From contig DASRSQ010000355.1 of assembly GCA_035656475.1 (NCBI GenBank), positions 1 through 45,600 on the forward strand: 45,600 bases of DNA, given 5' to 3'. Source of the DNA: Gemmataceae bacterium. GTDB taxonomy: Bacteria; Planctomycetota; Planctomycetia; Gemmatales; Gemmataceae. Shown here piece after piece: positions 17,123 to 26,078 of the stretch. Every line of letters starts with the position of its first letter. The first letter of the stretch is position 1. The translations under genes and the position numbers were made by a program. Below the pieces are notes generated by a model that worked only from the letters and a program-made list of their open reading frames with translations, was not told the DNA's origin and ran no database searches.

Positions 17123-20100
17123 ATGGGGGACATCATGAATTCACAATCGCCTGTGGGCGACACGACCAAACCTGCCATTACCAATCATCCCGAAACTGCC
17201 CGTCGCCCAGTTTCCCAGTTTGTCGTCGGCATCGGCGCCTCCGCTGGCGGCCTGGAAGCGATCGAGAAGTTCTTCGATCACGTCCCTGAAGACTCCGGCT
17301 TGACGTTTGTGATCGTCCAGCACCTTTCCCCCGATTTCAGAAGCCTGATGGACGAACTGTTGGCTCGCCACACCAAGCTCGCCATCCACCGTGTCGAAGA
17401 CGGCATGGCGATTCAGCCCAACGCCATCTACTTAATCCCGCGCAAAAAGAATATGGTCCTGTCGTTCGGCAAGCTGATACTGACAGACCAAGATCAGAAG
17501 CCCGGACCGAACCTGCCGATCGATATATTTTTCCAGTCGCTGGCTCAGGACATGGGGGACCGCGCTGTCGGCGTGGTCCTTTCCGGCACCGGTAGCGACG
17601 GGTCTCGCGGCCTCAAAGAGATTCACGAAGCGGGCGGACTTGTCATCGTGCAAGACCCGGAAACCGCGGGCTTTGACGGTATGCCTAAGGCTGCTCTCGC
17701 GACAGGGGTTGCTGATTGCGTATTACCGCCCGATGTGATGCCCGACAAGATTCTGCAATATGTTCAGCATCCGGTGCGAGCCGAGATTCGCAAGGCGTGC
17801 ATCGATGTGCAGTCGGGCGACGGACTATCCGCCGTCTTTTCTCTGTTGCGGCGTCATTTCGGCGTCGACTTTTCTCTTTACAAACCTAGCACCCTTGGCC
17901 GGCGCCTGGAACGACGTATGACGTTGCAAAACACGGGCTCTCTCGCGGATTACATGGCCATGCTGGAGGCCGACTCTGATGAACTCGATCATCTTTACCG
18001 CGACCTGCTGGTCGAAGTGACGCAGTTCTTCCGCGACAAAAATGCGTTCGATATCATCAAGAACGAGGTAATTCCAAAGCTGTTCGAGCAAGCGTCACCA
18101 GACGATGGAATACGCATCTGGGTGCCTGGCTGCGCGACGGGAGAGGAGGCATATTCCCTGGCCATGTTGTTCCACGAATTCGCCCAGGAGCACAAGCGGA
18201 ACATCGACGTCAAGATTTTTGCGACCGATGTGCATCGCACGTCGCTCGAAGCCGCCGGTGCCGGCGTTTACCGTGAGGCGAGCGTGCTTGATATTCCGCG
18301 GAATTACCTTGAACGCTACTTCGTGCAAAAGCGCGGCCAGTACGTCGTCAATCAGGACCTGCGCAAAATGGTGATCTTCGCTCCGCACAATCTCACCAAG
18401 GATCCGCCATTTACCAAGCTTGACCTCATCACCTGCCGCAACGTGCTGATCTACTTGAATCCGGCGACGCAACGGAAGGTGCTAACTTTGTTTCATTTTG
18501 GCCTGCGCACCGGTGGCGCTCTGTTCCTGGGGCCTAGCGAATCGGTCTCGGACCTGGAGGAAGAGTTCGATGTTGTCGACCGCCATTGGAAGGTCTTCCG
18601 CAAACGGCGAGACATCCGTCTGCATCCGGGCACCGGCCTGGCCACCATGCCGCTTTCCGAAACAGTGATGCTGTTGCGCAATCCGCTCGCCAATCCAGGA
18701 AAAAGTGATTCTCAACTTTCCGATATTTACGAACACCTGATGGGTCGCTACGTCCCACCCAGTTTGCTTCTGAACGAACATCACGAGTTAGTCCATGCCT
18801 TTGGCAACGCTCGCAGGTATCTCCAGGTGCCGGAGGGCAAGGCCACGACCGATGTCCTGAAAATGCTGGACAGTTCGCTGCGCATCGCCGTTAGTTCGGC
18901 GCTGCATCAGGCGGCGAAGGCCGACAAGCCCATTGTTTATTCCGGCGTGCGTTTCACGATCGACGGGCAGGACCGACTGATGAAGGTCACCGCGGTCTCT
19001 CTGCCCAACAAGCGGACAAAGAGCAACTTCTACCAGATTTGCCTCGAACCCGAGGAAGCGCTGCCCCCCGCGGCGCCGGCCCAGGCGTTCGATATTCAGG
19101 GCGAGTCTGCGGAACGGATCGCGAGCCTGGAACGCGAATTGATGTATACGAAGGAGCATCTGCAATCGACCGTCGAGGAGCTTGAGACCAGTAACGAGGA
19201 ATTGCAATCCACGAACGAGGAACTGGTCGCTTCCAACGAAGAGTTGCAATCGACCAACGAAGAATTGCACTCCGTCAATGAGGAACTTTACACCGTCAAC
19301 GCCGAACACCAGCGCAAGATCGAGGAGTTGACCCAGCTCACCAGCGACATGGACAACCTGCTGGCGAGCACCGAAATCGGCACGCTCTTTCTCGATCTCG
19401 ACATGAACATCCGCAAGTTCACGCCGGCGGCGGGTCGGCTGTTCAATCTTCTGCCCCACGATGTCGGAAGGCCGTTCAAGCACATCTCGAACAACTTGCA
19501 GATGGAGGTTGCCACGCTGGTTGGTTTGATCGACCGCATGCAGGCGGACGGCAAAGCCGTCGAGCAGGAAGTCGAATCGCCGCAAAAGCAGTCGTTCTTG
19601 ATGCGGATCCTTCCGTATCAAGCCCAGAACGGACAAGTTGTCGGGACCGTCTTGACCTTCATCGACATCACGGCGGTGAAACAAGCAAAACAGGAGCTTG
19701 GCGTCAGTCAAAGCCGGCTCGACGCCGTGCTCGACAATTCGACGGCAATTATCTTCGTCAAGGATCTTAACGATCGGTACACCGTGGTCAATCGCCGCTT
19801 CGCCGTGCTGATGCACGGCCAATCGCAAACCATCGTCGGCAAGACCGATTTTGAAATCTTCCCAGTGCCTCTGGCCCGAAGCCGGTACGAATACGATCAT
19901 CGTGTGCGTGACACACAGGCAGTCGTTGAAACCGAAGAGGTCTTCGAACTGCCCGACGGGCCTCACACTTACCTGACCATTCGCTTTCCGCTCAAGGATG
20001 GCCAAAATCGTGTCTACGCGGTTGCCGGCATTTCGACCGATATCACGGACCGCAAGCGTGCCGAGGATGAGGCACACGAGGCATTGAGCCGGCGTGACCA

Positions 20101-21178
20101 GTTTCTGGCGATGCTCTCCCACGAGTTGCGAAACCCCTTGGGCGCGATCCTGAACGCGACGCAAGTTCTGGAGCGCGACGGATCCGACGACGCCTTGAAA
20201 AACGAAGCTCGTGAGGTGATTCAGCGGCAAGTCGGTCAAATGTCGCGTCTACTGGACGATTTGCTCGATGTGACCCGCATCGCCCAGAATCGCATCCGCT
20301 TGCAAAAGGTGGTGCTCGACCTGCGTGAACCCATTACCGAGGCAATTGCCACCGTGAAGCCGGTGTATGAAACGGCGCGGGTAACGCTGGATCTGGACAA
20401 CTTTCGGGACGCACTGCCCGTTCTCGGCGATACCGCTCGGTTGCAACAGATGTTCGTCAATTTGCTGATGAACGCGGCAAAATATACGCCGTCTGGCGGC
20501 AACGTGCGCTTGTCAGTGGAAAAGACGGATGAGCAGATCGTCATTCGCGTGAAGGATTCCGGGGTCGGCATTCGTGCAGAGATGTTGGAAAGAGTTTTCG
20601 ATCTGTTCGTTCAGGCCAATGAAACACTTGACCGCGCGGAGGGGGGCATGGGCGTCGGGCTGACCTTGGTCCGGACCATTGCGGAAATGCACGGCGGCAC
20701 CGTGAAGGCGTTCAGCGATGGCCAGAACAAGGGAAGCGAGTTTGTTGTCCGCTTGCCGCTTTCAACGGAAAAGCCGACCATGGGAATGTCATCGCCTCCT
20801 CGTGATTCCAAGTTAGCGACGGTCGTGATCGTGGAGGACAATGCCGACAGCCGCCGCATGCTCGAAGCCATGCTCAAGTTGGACGGCTACACGGTGCATA
20901 CCGCGTCTGACGGCAACGAAGGACTCGATGCGATCCTGAAGCTGCGCCCGCAATTTGCGATCATCGATATCGGCTTACCCGGAATGGACGGCTACCAGGT
21001 CGCGAAACGAACGCGCGCGTTGTTGGCGAAAGACGAAGTTCTCCTGATCGCATTGACTGGATATGGCCGGCCAGAAGATCGTCGGGCCGTTTTGGAAGCA
21101 GGCTTCGATGACCACCTCGTCAAACCGCTCAAACCAAACGAGCTATCGCGGGTGCTTGGGAATGTAACAGAAAAATGA
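17123..21178 (+). CDS. CheB methylesterase - CheR methyltransferase - coiled coil - PAS - histidine kinase - receiver hybrid sensor
   Basis: CheB: [30 protein letters not shown]. CheR: [29 protein letters not shown]. Also a heptad NEEL repeat and PAS segments. H-box [14 protein letters not shown]-box [20 protein letters not shown]-terminal receiver VVIVEDN...[12 protein letters not shown]...LVKPL. The start is ATG 17123 or 17135; the track gives TTG 17099. Confidence 0.9.
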   Translation: MGDIMNSQSPVGDTTKPAITNHPETARRPVSQFVVGIGASAGGLEAIEKFFDHVPEDSGLTFVIVQHLSPDFRSLMDELLARHTKLAIHRVEDGMAIQPNAIYLIPRKKNMVLSFGKLILTDQDQKPGPNLPIDIFFQSLAQDMGDRAVGVVLSGTGSDGSRGLKEIHEAGGLVIVQDPETAGFDGMPKAALATGVADCVLPPDVMPDKILQYVQHPVRAEIRKACIDVQSGDGLSAVFSLLRRHFGVDFSLYKPSTLGRRLERRMTLQNTGSLADYMAMLEADSDELDHLYRDLLVEVTQFFRDKNAFDIIKNEVIPKLFEQASPDDGIRIWVPGCATGEEAYSLAMLFHEFAQEHKRNIDVKIFATDVHRTSLEAAGAGVYREASVLDIPRNYLERYFVQKRGQYVVNQDLRKMVIFAPHNLTKDPPFTKLDLITCRNVLIYLNPATQRKVLTLFHFGLRTGGALFLGPSESVSDLEEEFDVVDRHWKVFRKRRDIRLHPGTGLATMPLSETVMLLRNPLANPGKSDSQLSDIYEHLMGRYVPPSLLLNEHHELVHAFGNARRYLQVPEGKATTDVLKMLDSSLRIAVSSALHQAAKADKPIVYSGVRFTIDGQDRLMKVTAVSLPNKRTKSNFYQICLEPEEALPPAAPAQAFDIQGESAERIASLERELMYTKEHLQSTVEELETSNEELQSTNEELVASNEELQSTNEELHSVNEELYTVNAEHQRKIEELTQLTSDMDNLLASTEIGTLFLDLDMNIRKFTPAAGRLFNLLPHDVGRPFKHISNNLQMEVATLVGLIDRMQADGKAVEQEVESPQKQSFLMRILPYQAQNGQVVGTVLTFIDITAVKQAKQELGVSQSRLDAVLDNSTAIIFVKDLNDRYTVVNRRFAVLMHGQSQTIVGKTDFEIFPVPLARSRYEYDHRVRDTQAVVETEEVFELPDGPHTYLTIRFPLKDGQNRVYAVAGISTDITDRKRAEDEAHEALSRRDQFLAMLSHELRNPLGAILNATQVLERDGSDDALKNEAREVIQRQVGQMSRLLDDLLDVTRIAQNRIRLQKVVLDLREPITEAIATVKPVYETARVTLDLDNFRDALPVLGDTARLQQMFVNLLMNAAKYTPSGGNVRLSVEKTDEQIVIRVKDSGVGIRAEMLERVFDLFVQANETLDRAEGGMGVGLTLVRTIAEMHGGTVKAFSDGQNKGSEFVVRLPLSTEKPTMGMSSPPRDSKLATVVIVEDNADSRRMLEAMLKLDGYTVHTASDGNEGLDAILKLRPQFAIIDIGLPGMDGYQVAKRTRALLAKDEVLLIALTGYGRPEDRRAVLEAGFDDHLVKPLKPNELSRVLGNVTEK
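19160..19300 (+). repeat. 21-nt (heptad) tandem repeat encoding xS/TNEELx coiled coil
   Basis: Encodes [47 protein letters not shown]. It lies inside the kinase CDS between the CheR and PAS regions. Confidence 0.6.
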
Positions 21179-21235
21179 CGGCCGCGAGTCACCGACGCTC
21201 CAAAGTCCTTGCACGGGGTGGGCAGTGAGAAGAGT

Positions 21236-21270
21236 GGGTGGGAACCGGGAATTCTCCGGATTTCCCACCC
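21236..21270. terminator. Strong hairpin between convergent genes (bidirectional terminator-like, no T-tract)
   Basis: GGGTGGGAA-CCGG-GAATTCT-CCGG-AT-TTCCCACCC forms 9 + 4 bp with a 2-nt bulge. It sits between the kinase stop (21178) and the CsrA-REC stop (21387). Confidence 0.4.
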
Positions 21271-21386
21271 GGACGCCACTTGGGAAAGAGCCTTGCGAAA
21301 CGGGTCCGATCCATGGACTGCCGATGCTTCATCGGTTCGCATCTTCCGACAAAGTGGCGAGGCTTCGGCAATCTCTCAAGTCCAAC

Positions 21387-22094
21387 TTAGTTCAGCGACA
21401 GATGCAATTCGTCAACAAGGTTCTTTGGGTTAACGGGCTTCGTAAACCAGCGGTCGATGCCTTGGGAGCCGGGGTCGATGCTGCATTCCGAAGGATCGGC
21501 TCCGCTAACCGCGAACACCTTCAGCCCCTCGTAGGCCGCATTTCGTCGGATCGCAGCGACGGTCGTGGGCCCATCACAACGCGGCATTCGCATGTCGATC
21601 AGAATCACATCGGGACGATCGTGCGATTGAAGGTAGTCAAGGGCATCCTGGCCATCGCAGGCGGTCTCCACTTTGACGCCATGCAGACGCAAAAACTCCG
21701 CCAGGAGCGCGCTCTCGTTGCCGTTGTCTTCGACGAGGAGCGCGCGAATCTCACGCTTGGGGCTCCCGCCCGTCGCCGCCAGTTCTTGCTCCAGTGCCGA
21801 GAAGTCGCGCAAGGCGCTGTCGAGCGTTTTCCCGGCATCCTTGTCCAGGCCCGCTTGCAATTGCCGCTGAGCGAGATGGACGGCCAGGCACGCCGTGTGC
21901 AAGCGATTGCGGAGCCGATGGCGCTCGGAAACGTACTGCGTCGATTTGGCAATTTCTTCGCGAACGATCGGCACCGACGGAGGCGCATCAATGCCAAGGC
22001 GAACAACATTTCCCTTGACGCTGCACACCTCCACGGTGACGCCCAGGGTGGGGAAAAAGATCTTCTCTTTGGGCTTTCGCGACAGGACCAACAT
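21387..22094 (-). CDS. CsrA (carbon storage regulator) RNA-binding domain fused to a CheY-like receiver domain
   Basis: Residues 1-50 are MLVLSRKPKEKIFFPTLGVTVEVCSVKGNVVRLGIDAPPSVPIVREEI, compared with E. coli CsrA [47 protein letters not shown]. Residues about 116-235 form a full receiver (VEDN, VILIDMRMP, FAVSG, FTKP). ATG 22094 follows AAGGAGA. Confidence 0.85.
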   Translation of the reverse strand: MLVLSRKPKEKIFFPTLGVTVEVCSVKGNVVRLGIDAPPSVPIVREEIAKSTQYVSERHRLRNRLHTACLAVHLAQRQLQAGLDKDAGKTLDSALRDFSALEQELAATGGSPKREIRALLVEDNGNESALLAEFLRLHGVKVETACDGQDALDYLQSHDRPDVILIDMRMPRCDGPTTVAAIRRNAAYEGLKVFAVSGADPSECSIDPGSQGIDRWFTKPVNPKNLVDELHLSLN

Positions 22095-22101
22095 TGGAGT
22101 C

Positions 22102-22132
22102 TCCTTTCCAAGCCGCGCCTCGCCTCCGCGCG
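22102..22132 (-). promoter_or_regulatory. GGA-in-loop hairpin plus GGA-rich Shine-Dalgarno in the CsrA-REC leader (candidate CsrA autoregulatory sites)
   Basis: The minus-strand leader is ...CGCGC-GGAGGCGAG-GCGCG-GCUUGGAAAGGAGACUCCA-AUG. It has a 5-bp stem (22128-22132 with 22114-22118) and a GGA-containing loop. Two more GGA triplets lie across the SD. Confidence 0.35.
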
Positions 22133-22482
22133 CAGAAACTGCACGGCCTCAGCCTTGAAATTGTCAATCGATAGAAACGATTAGCGACGAAGAGTTGGAA
22201 GAAGAATCCACACCTCCGTGCGCAGATCTTTGTGGAGACATCCATGTCGCGTTACAGAGGGAATCCTTCCCAAAAGAGATGAAATTGTACAACAACCGAC
22301 GTTTTCGGTCAAGGTTTTTTCTTGAGACCGTGGAGCCTTGTTGTGTGGCCCATGATGTAGATCGTCGCTTATTTGAGGTCTATTCTGGCCTCCTACCGCC
22401 CTTGTCAATCGAGGGTAACCTACTGTGCAACAATCGATAAAATGGCTTGAAAGGCCAGCATTCCCGAACTGAGCGACTCGGC

Positions 22483-23274
22483 ATGGATAATCAAACCATC
22501 GTGGAAGCGCCGCCGCAACTCTACGCGCTGCCCGGCTTTCATGAGCCGTTCGCTGCCATGAGCCACCTGATCGGGGCGTTTGTCTTCTTCATCCTCGGCT
22601 GCGTCTTGCTTATGCGCGGCCGGCATAATCGAAACGGGCTTATCTGTCTCAGCATCTACGCCGTGTCCGTAGTGACGCTGTTGGCCTTGAGCGGCGTGTA
22701 TCACATGCTGATACGCGGCGGCACCCCGAATCTCGTCCTGGGCCGGCTCGATCACGGCGCCATCTTCGTTTTCATCGCCGGCAGTTTCACCCCTGCCCAC
22801 GGCATCCTATTACGCGGCTGGCAACGATGGGCCCCCCTCTTCCTGATCTGGACCATTGCCGTCACCGGCATCACGCTCAAGACGATCTTCTTCGACGAGA
22901 TGCCTCATTGGCTCGGGCTAACCCTGTACCTCGCGATGGGCTGGCTCGGCCTCTTCAGCGGCATCATGCTGGCCCGCCGCTACGGTTTCAACTTTATCAA
23001 GCCGCTCCTGATCGGCGGCATCGCCTACTCGATTGGCGCCGTCATTGACGTGCTGCCATGGTTCATCGTGGTGCCCGGTGTGGTCCATCCGCACGAGTTG
23101 TTCCACGTCGCCGTGTTGATGGGGGCGTTCTGGCACTGGCTGTTCATCTGCCAATTCGCCGGGGGTGGGCCGTCCGAGTCACGAACGAGAGCAACTGGGT
23201 CTGCGCGGTCTGATTGTGTCGGATCGGAAGGGCAGCAAAAGACGGCAAGTGGAACATTGACCGCGCCGAGGTAG
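22483..23274 (+). CDS. Hemolysin III / PAQR family membrane protein
   Basis: ATG 22483 (MDNQTIVEAP). Seven hydrophobic segments and family motifs SHLIGAFVFF, RLDHGAIFVFIAGSFTP and HELFHVAVLMGAFWHW. It has an unusual 35-aa hydrophilic tail. Confidence 0.85.
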   Translation: MDNQTIVEAPPQLYALPGFHEPFAAMSHLIGAFVFFILGCVLLMRGRHNRNGLICLSIYAVSVVTLLALSGVYHMLIRGGTPNLVLGRLDHGAIFVFIAGSFTPAHGILLRGWQRWAPLFLIWTIAVTGITLKTIFFDEMPHWLGLTLYLAMGWLGLFSGIMLARRYGFNFIKPLLIGGIAYSIGAVIDVLPWFIVVPGVVHPHELFHVAVLMGAFWHWLFICQFAGGGPSESRTRATGSARSDCVGSEGQQKTASGTLTAPR

Positions 23275-23456
23275 CCGCCATTCGGAATGTCCCATGTAAA
23301 CTGGTTGAGCAAACTCCCCTGGCTGGCCAATGAAGCGGATCACGATCTGCACGTCATTCGCTACGACAATTTGAGTCTTCCCCTCGGAATGCCCTTTATT
23401 GGACTGACACGGCCGCGATTCGTGGAAACCAAAGATTTCTACCTTTCGCACCGCAC

Positions 23457-23974
23457 CTACGCCGCCAAGAGCTGCCGCGCCGGCGAGCGATTCGGCGTTT
23501 CCTGAACGATGCTCAGCACGTGGCCCGCTCCCATGGAATGACCGACGACGTGAACGCGCCTTGGGCCGATCGGATATCGTTTCCGCAATTGTTCGAGGAT
23601 TGCCGCAGCATTGGACGCGGCGCTAACGCCGAATAATCGGTTTGCACGGGTGGCGACCATGATCCAGTCGCGCTCTTTGCAAACCTTTGCGGTGACTCAG
23701 CCCAGCGCGTTTCGGCCGGTGCGGCATCCTGCGAGACGAGCACATGTCGGGCACGGTCAAGCGCTTCCCCAGCCCTGCCGAAGCGGAACAAGAAAAAGGA
23801 ACGTACCGCTTGATTGAGATGAGGGACCGCCCGCTTCCGTACGTCGACGTCGCTACACTTGTCCCACGCTTTTTCGAATGGAATAAGCCGTCGACCCCAT
23901 TCGCATCGATCCGCGTGTCCGGAAGCGAAAGCTGGCAGCGTCAACATCACCAGCAAAGCGACAAATCGCGTCAT
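23457..23974 (-). pseudogene. Alpha/beta-hydrolase (GHSMG nucleophile elbow), apparently frameshifted
   Basis: ATG 23974 gives signal peptide MTRFVALLVMLTLPAFASG. That frame stops being sensible near 23700. A second frame (open after the stop at 23697-23699) reads VTAKVCKERDWIMVATRANRLFGVSAASNAAAILEQLRKRYPIGPRRVHVVGHSMGAG and ends at 23457. Confidence 0.4.
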
Positions 23975-24015
23975 CGGCCAAACTCCGGGCATGCTTCGAC
24001 TTCGTTGGAACGCAA

Positions 24016-25269
24016 TCACGGTTGTTGCCAACGGTAAACGGCCATGGCGTTTAACTCACGAATGAACAATTCGTTGCCACAAACCGCCAGATGGGCCCAT
24101 GTGTTCTGGCCGACCTTTAGTCGATTGATGATCTGCAATTCCTTGGGATTAGCCTGAATCAGCAGCAGTTCGCCGTTCTGATCCAGGGCGAGAATGCGTT
24201 TCCCCTGCGCCACCATGCTCCAATACTGTCCGAAGGGCGCGTCGCTCGTCCAAGTCCGATTGCCGGAGTTGAGGTCGATGCAAGTGAAACGCTGATTCTG
24301 CAGATGCAAATACGCATGGCCGTCAATGATGACGGGTGATGACATGTAGGCCTGGGTCTTGCTAGTCCAGGATTCAGCAACGCTGAAGCGGTCCTTGTCG
24401 AGCGACACTTTGTAAAGCCAGGCCTTGTTTCCGTAACTGCTGGTGAAAATCTCCTCACCGACCATTGTTGGCGTGAGGATGTTCATGCCACGGAAAGACG
24501 GGACGACCTGCGACCAGAGGACATCGCCGGTGTCGAGATCCACCCCCGCCAGTTTCTCCCGGCCCTGCACAATGAGTTGACGTTTGCCGGCGATGCTCGC
24601 GATGATCGGCGACGAGAACGCTGAGCCGTACATGCCGCCTTTGTCTTTGAGAGCCCGCCAGATGATCTTGCCTGATTTCTTTTCGAGCTTGGCAACCGAG
24701 GCGCCGGCTTGCACGTAGACGAAATTGCCGTCAACCAAGGGCGAGCAGACAAATCCAAAATCGGGAAGCGAGGTCTTGAGCTCCTTGACGAAATCAACCC
24801 TCCATTCTTCTTTTCCCGACTTCGCATCCAAACAGACGAGCACATCGCGCATTCCGGCGACGTACAGGCGTTCGCCGTCGTACGCGGGAGTTGAGCGAAT
24901 CCAGCTACCGTTGGCGGCGGCGAAGAATGGCACCGACATCGCCCCCTTCCATTCCGCGCGCCAACGTTCTTTCCCAGTCGCGCGATCCAAGGCGAATACG
25001 ACCTCGGATTCCTTGTTTCGCGTTTCCGTTGTAAACACGAGATCTTCGGCGACGATTGGTCCCGAGTAGCTAGGCCCCAGTGGGACCCGCCAAAGCAGTT
25101 TGAGCGACTCCTTCGTCAAACGATCGGGCCAGGCTGCGCCGCGGACCTGACCGTCCCGCGCGGGGCCTCGCCATTGTGGCCAGATGGCGTCACCCTTTTC
25201 TTGGGCGCCTAAATCGACAACCCAACACAACGTCAATGCCAAGACAAGGCAAACGCGTGATCCGATCAT
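24016..25269 (-). CDS. Secreted PQQ-like (BamB-type) beta-propeller protein
   Basis: ATG 25269 follows GGAG and overlaps the upstream stop (ATGA). Signal peptide MIGSRVCLVLALTLCWVVDLGAQ. Repeated blades: VVFALDRATGKERW, VLVCLDAKSGKEEW, LAGVDLDTGDVLW, FTCIDLNSGNRTW. Confidence 0.8.
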   Translation of the reverse strand: MIGSRVCLVLALTLCWVVDLGAQEKGDAIWPQWRGPARDGQVRGAAWPDRLTKESLKLLWRVPLGPSYSGPIVAEDLVFTTETRNKESEVVFALDRATGKERWRAEWKGAMSVPFFAAANGSWIRSTPAYDGERLYVAGMRDVLVCLDAKSGKEEWRVDFVKELKTSLPDFGFVCSPLVDGNFVYVQAGASVAKLEKKSGKIIWRALKDKGGMYGSAFSSPIIASIAGKRQLIVQGREKLAGVDLDTGDVLWSQVVPSFRGMNILTPTMVGEEIFTSSYGNKAWLYKVSLDKDRFSVAESWTSKTQAYMSSPVIIDGHAYLHLQNQRFTCIDLNSGNRTWTSDAPFGQYWSMVAQGKRILALDQNGELLLIQANPKELQIINRLKVGQNTWAHLAVCGNELFIRELNAMAVYRWQQP

Positions 25270-26078
25270 TGGCAATCTCCTTGAGAACGGTCGAGGGATT
25301 TCACTTTTCTTGCCGGCCAGGGGAAGAATGCGCTCGTCCGCGCGACGTAGTCCGCGTAATCGGGCTTGCTCTCGCGCAGGCTGTGTTCCAACAGCGTCAC
25401 TCCAGAGACGCGGAGCAAGAGGAATGACATCAGTAGCGGCGAGAGCATCGTCCACCATGTGCCACCAGCCCCGAGAGCAACGAAGTACAGCCCCCACCAG
25501 ACCGCGAAATCGCCAAAGTAATTAGGATGCCGTGTGTAGCGCCAGAGTCCGCGATCCATGACCTTGCCGGCATTCCGAGGATCGGCTTTGAAATTCGCCA
25601 GTTGCCAGTCACCGACTGCTTCGAAGAGAAAGCCACCGGACCAGATCATTGTGCCGATCGCGTCCAGCCAACCCAGCGGCGCGTCATCGAGTTGGCCGAC
25701 AACGATTGGCAAGGCAATGATGTTCATGATGAGGCCCTGCAGTAGGAACACGATGCCGAGGCTGACGATCCAAAATCGGGGCCCGATTGCCGCGCGCATC
25801 GCTTGATATCGATAATCCTCGGGACTGCCGAATTTGCGAACACCCAGGTGGACGGCTAGTCGCAGTCCCCACACCGCGGTCAAGCCGAGAAGTAGGTACT
25901 TGCGAGGGGATTCGTATGTCGTCAGGAAAAACGTTAATGCCGAGATCACAACGAAGCCTGGACCCCAGAACACATCCACGATACTCACGTCGCGCAAGAT
26001 CACGCTGACGCTCCACAGTGCCGTCATGAACACAAGCGTCACCAGTAGATTCAAGGCTAGCAATTCGAGTAGATTCAA
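25266..26078 (-). CDS. DUF1295 family membrane protein (steroid 5-alpha-reductase / ICMT-like fold)
   Basis: Motifs VSIVDVFWGPGF and GLWRYTRHPNYFGDFAVWWGLY. The likely start is TTG 26078, which overlaps the upstream stop (TTGA). The track ORF runs to 26207 inside the upstream gene. Confidence 0.8.
   Translation of the reverse strand: MNLLELLALNLLVTLVFMTALWSVSVILRDVSIVDVFWGPGFVVISALTFFLTTYESPRKYLLLGLTAVWGLRLAVHLGVRKFGSPEDYRYQAMRAAIGPRFWIVSLGIVFLLQGLIMNIIALPIVVGQLDDAPLGWLDAIGTMIWSGGFLFEAVGDWQLANFKADPRNAGKVMDRGLWRYTRHPNYFGDFAVWWGLYFVALGAGGTWWTMLSPLLMSFLLLRVSGVTLLEHSLRESKPDYADYVARTSAFFPWPARKVKSLDRSQGDCQ

Noticed and set aside
19160-19300. The striking NEEL heptad/21-nt repeat, considered as an unusual tandem repeat.
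   Set aside because: From memory, this coiled-coil segment is a normal feature of CheB/CheR-PAS sensor kinases. It is listed as a feature but not treated as novel.
18788-20239. 483-aa minus-strand ORF inside the hybrid kinase gene.
   Set aside because: It is an antisense shadow of a region with unmistakable PAS/HisKA motifs on the + strand.
21225-22184. 319-aa + strand ORF covering the CsrA-REC locus.
   Set aside because: The minus-strand frame carries clear CsrA and receiver motifs and a good SD. The + frame has no recognisable features.
22190-22325. Possible CsrB/RsmZ-like sponge sRNA divergent from CsrA-REC. It has GGA triplets in TTGGAAG, GTGGAGA and AGGGAAT, plus a hairpin at 22295-22309 near a T6 run.
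   Set aside because: Three or four GGA triplets in about 130 nt is close to chance expectation. The GGAs fall mostly in stems rather than loops. The hairpin is weak (5 bp) and is separated from the T-run. I retain it only as something RNA-seq could reveal.
23025-23330. 101-aa minus ORF with QGSLLNQF...PLAVFCCPSDPT, resembling the conserved CPSD segment of planctomycete DUF1559 (prepilin-like) proteins.
   Set aside because: It is only a fragment of about 35 aa. It has no N-terminal methylation motif or H-x9-DG end in a consistent order. It also overlaps both the hemolysin-III tail and the putative hydrolase remnant, so the evidence is too thin to call.
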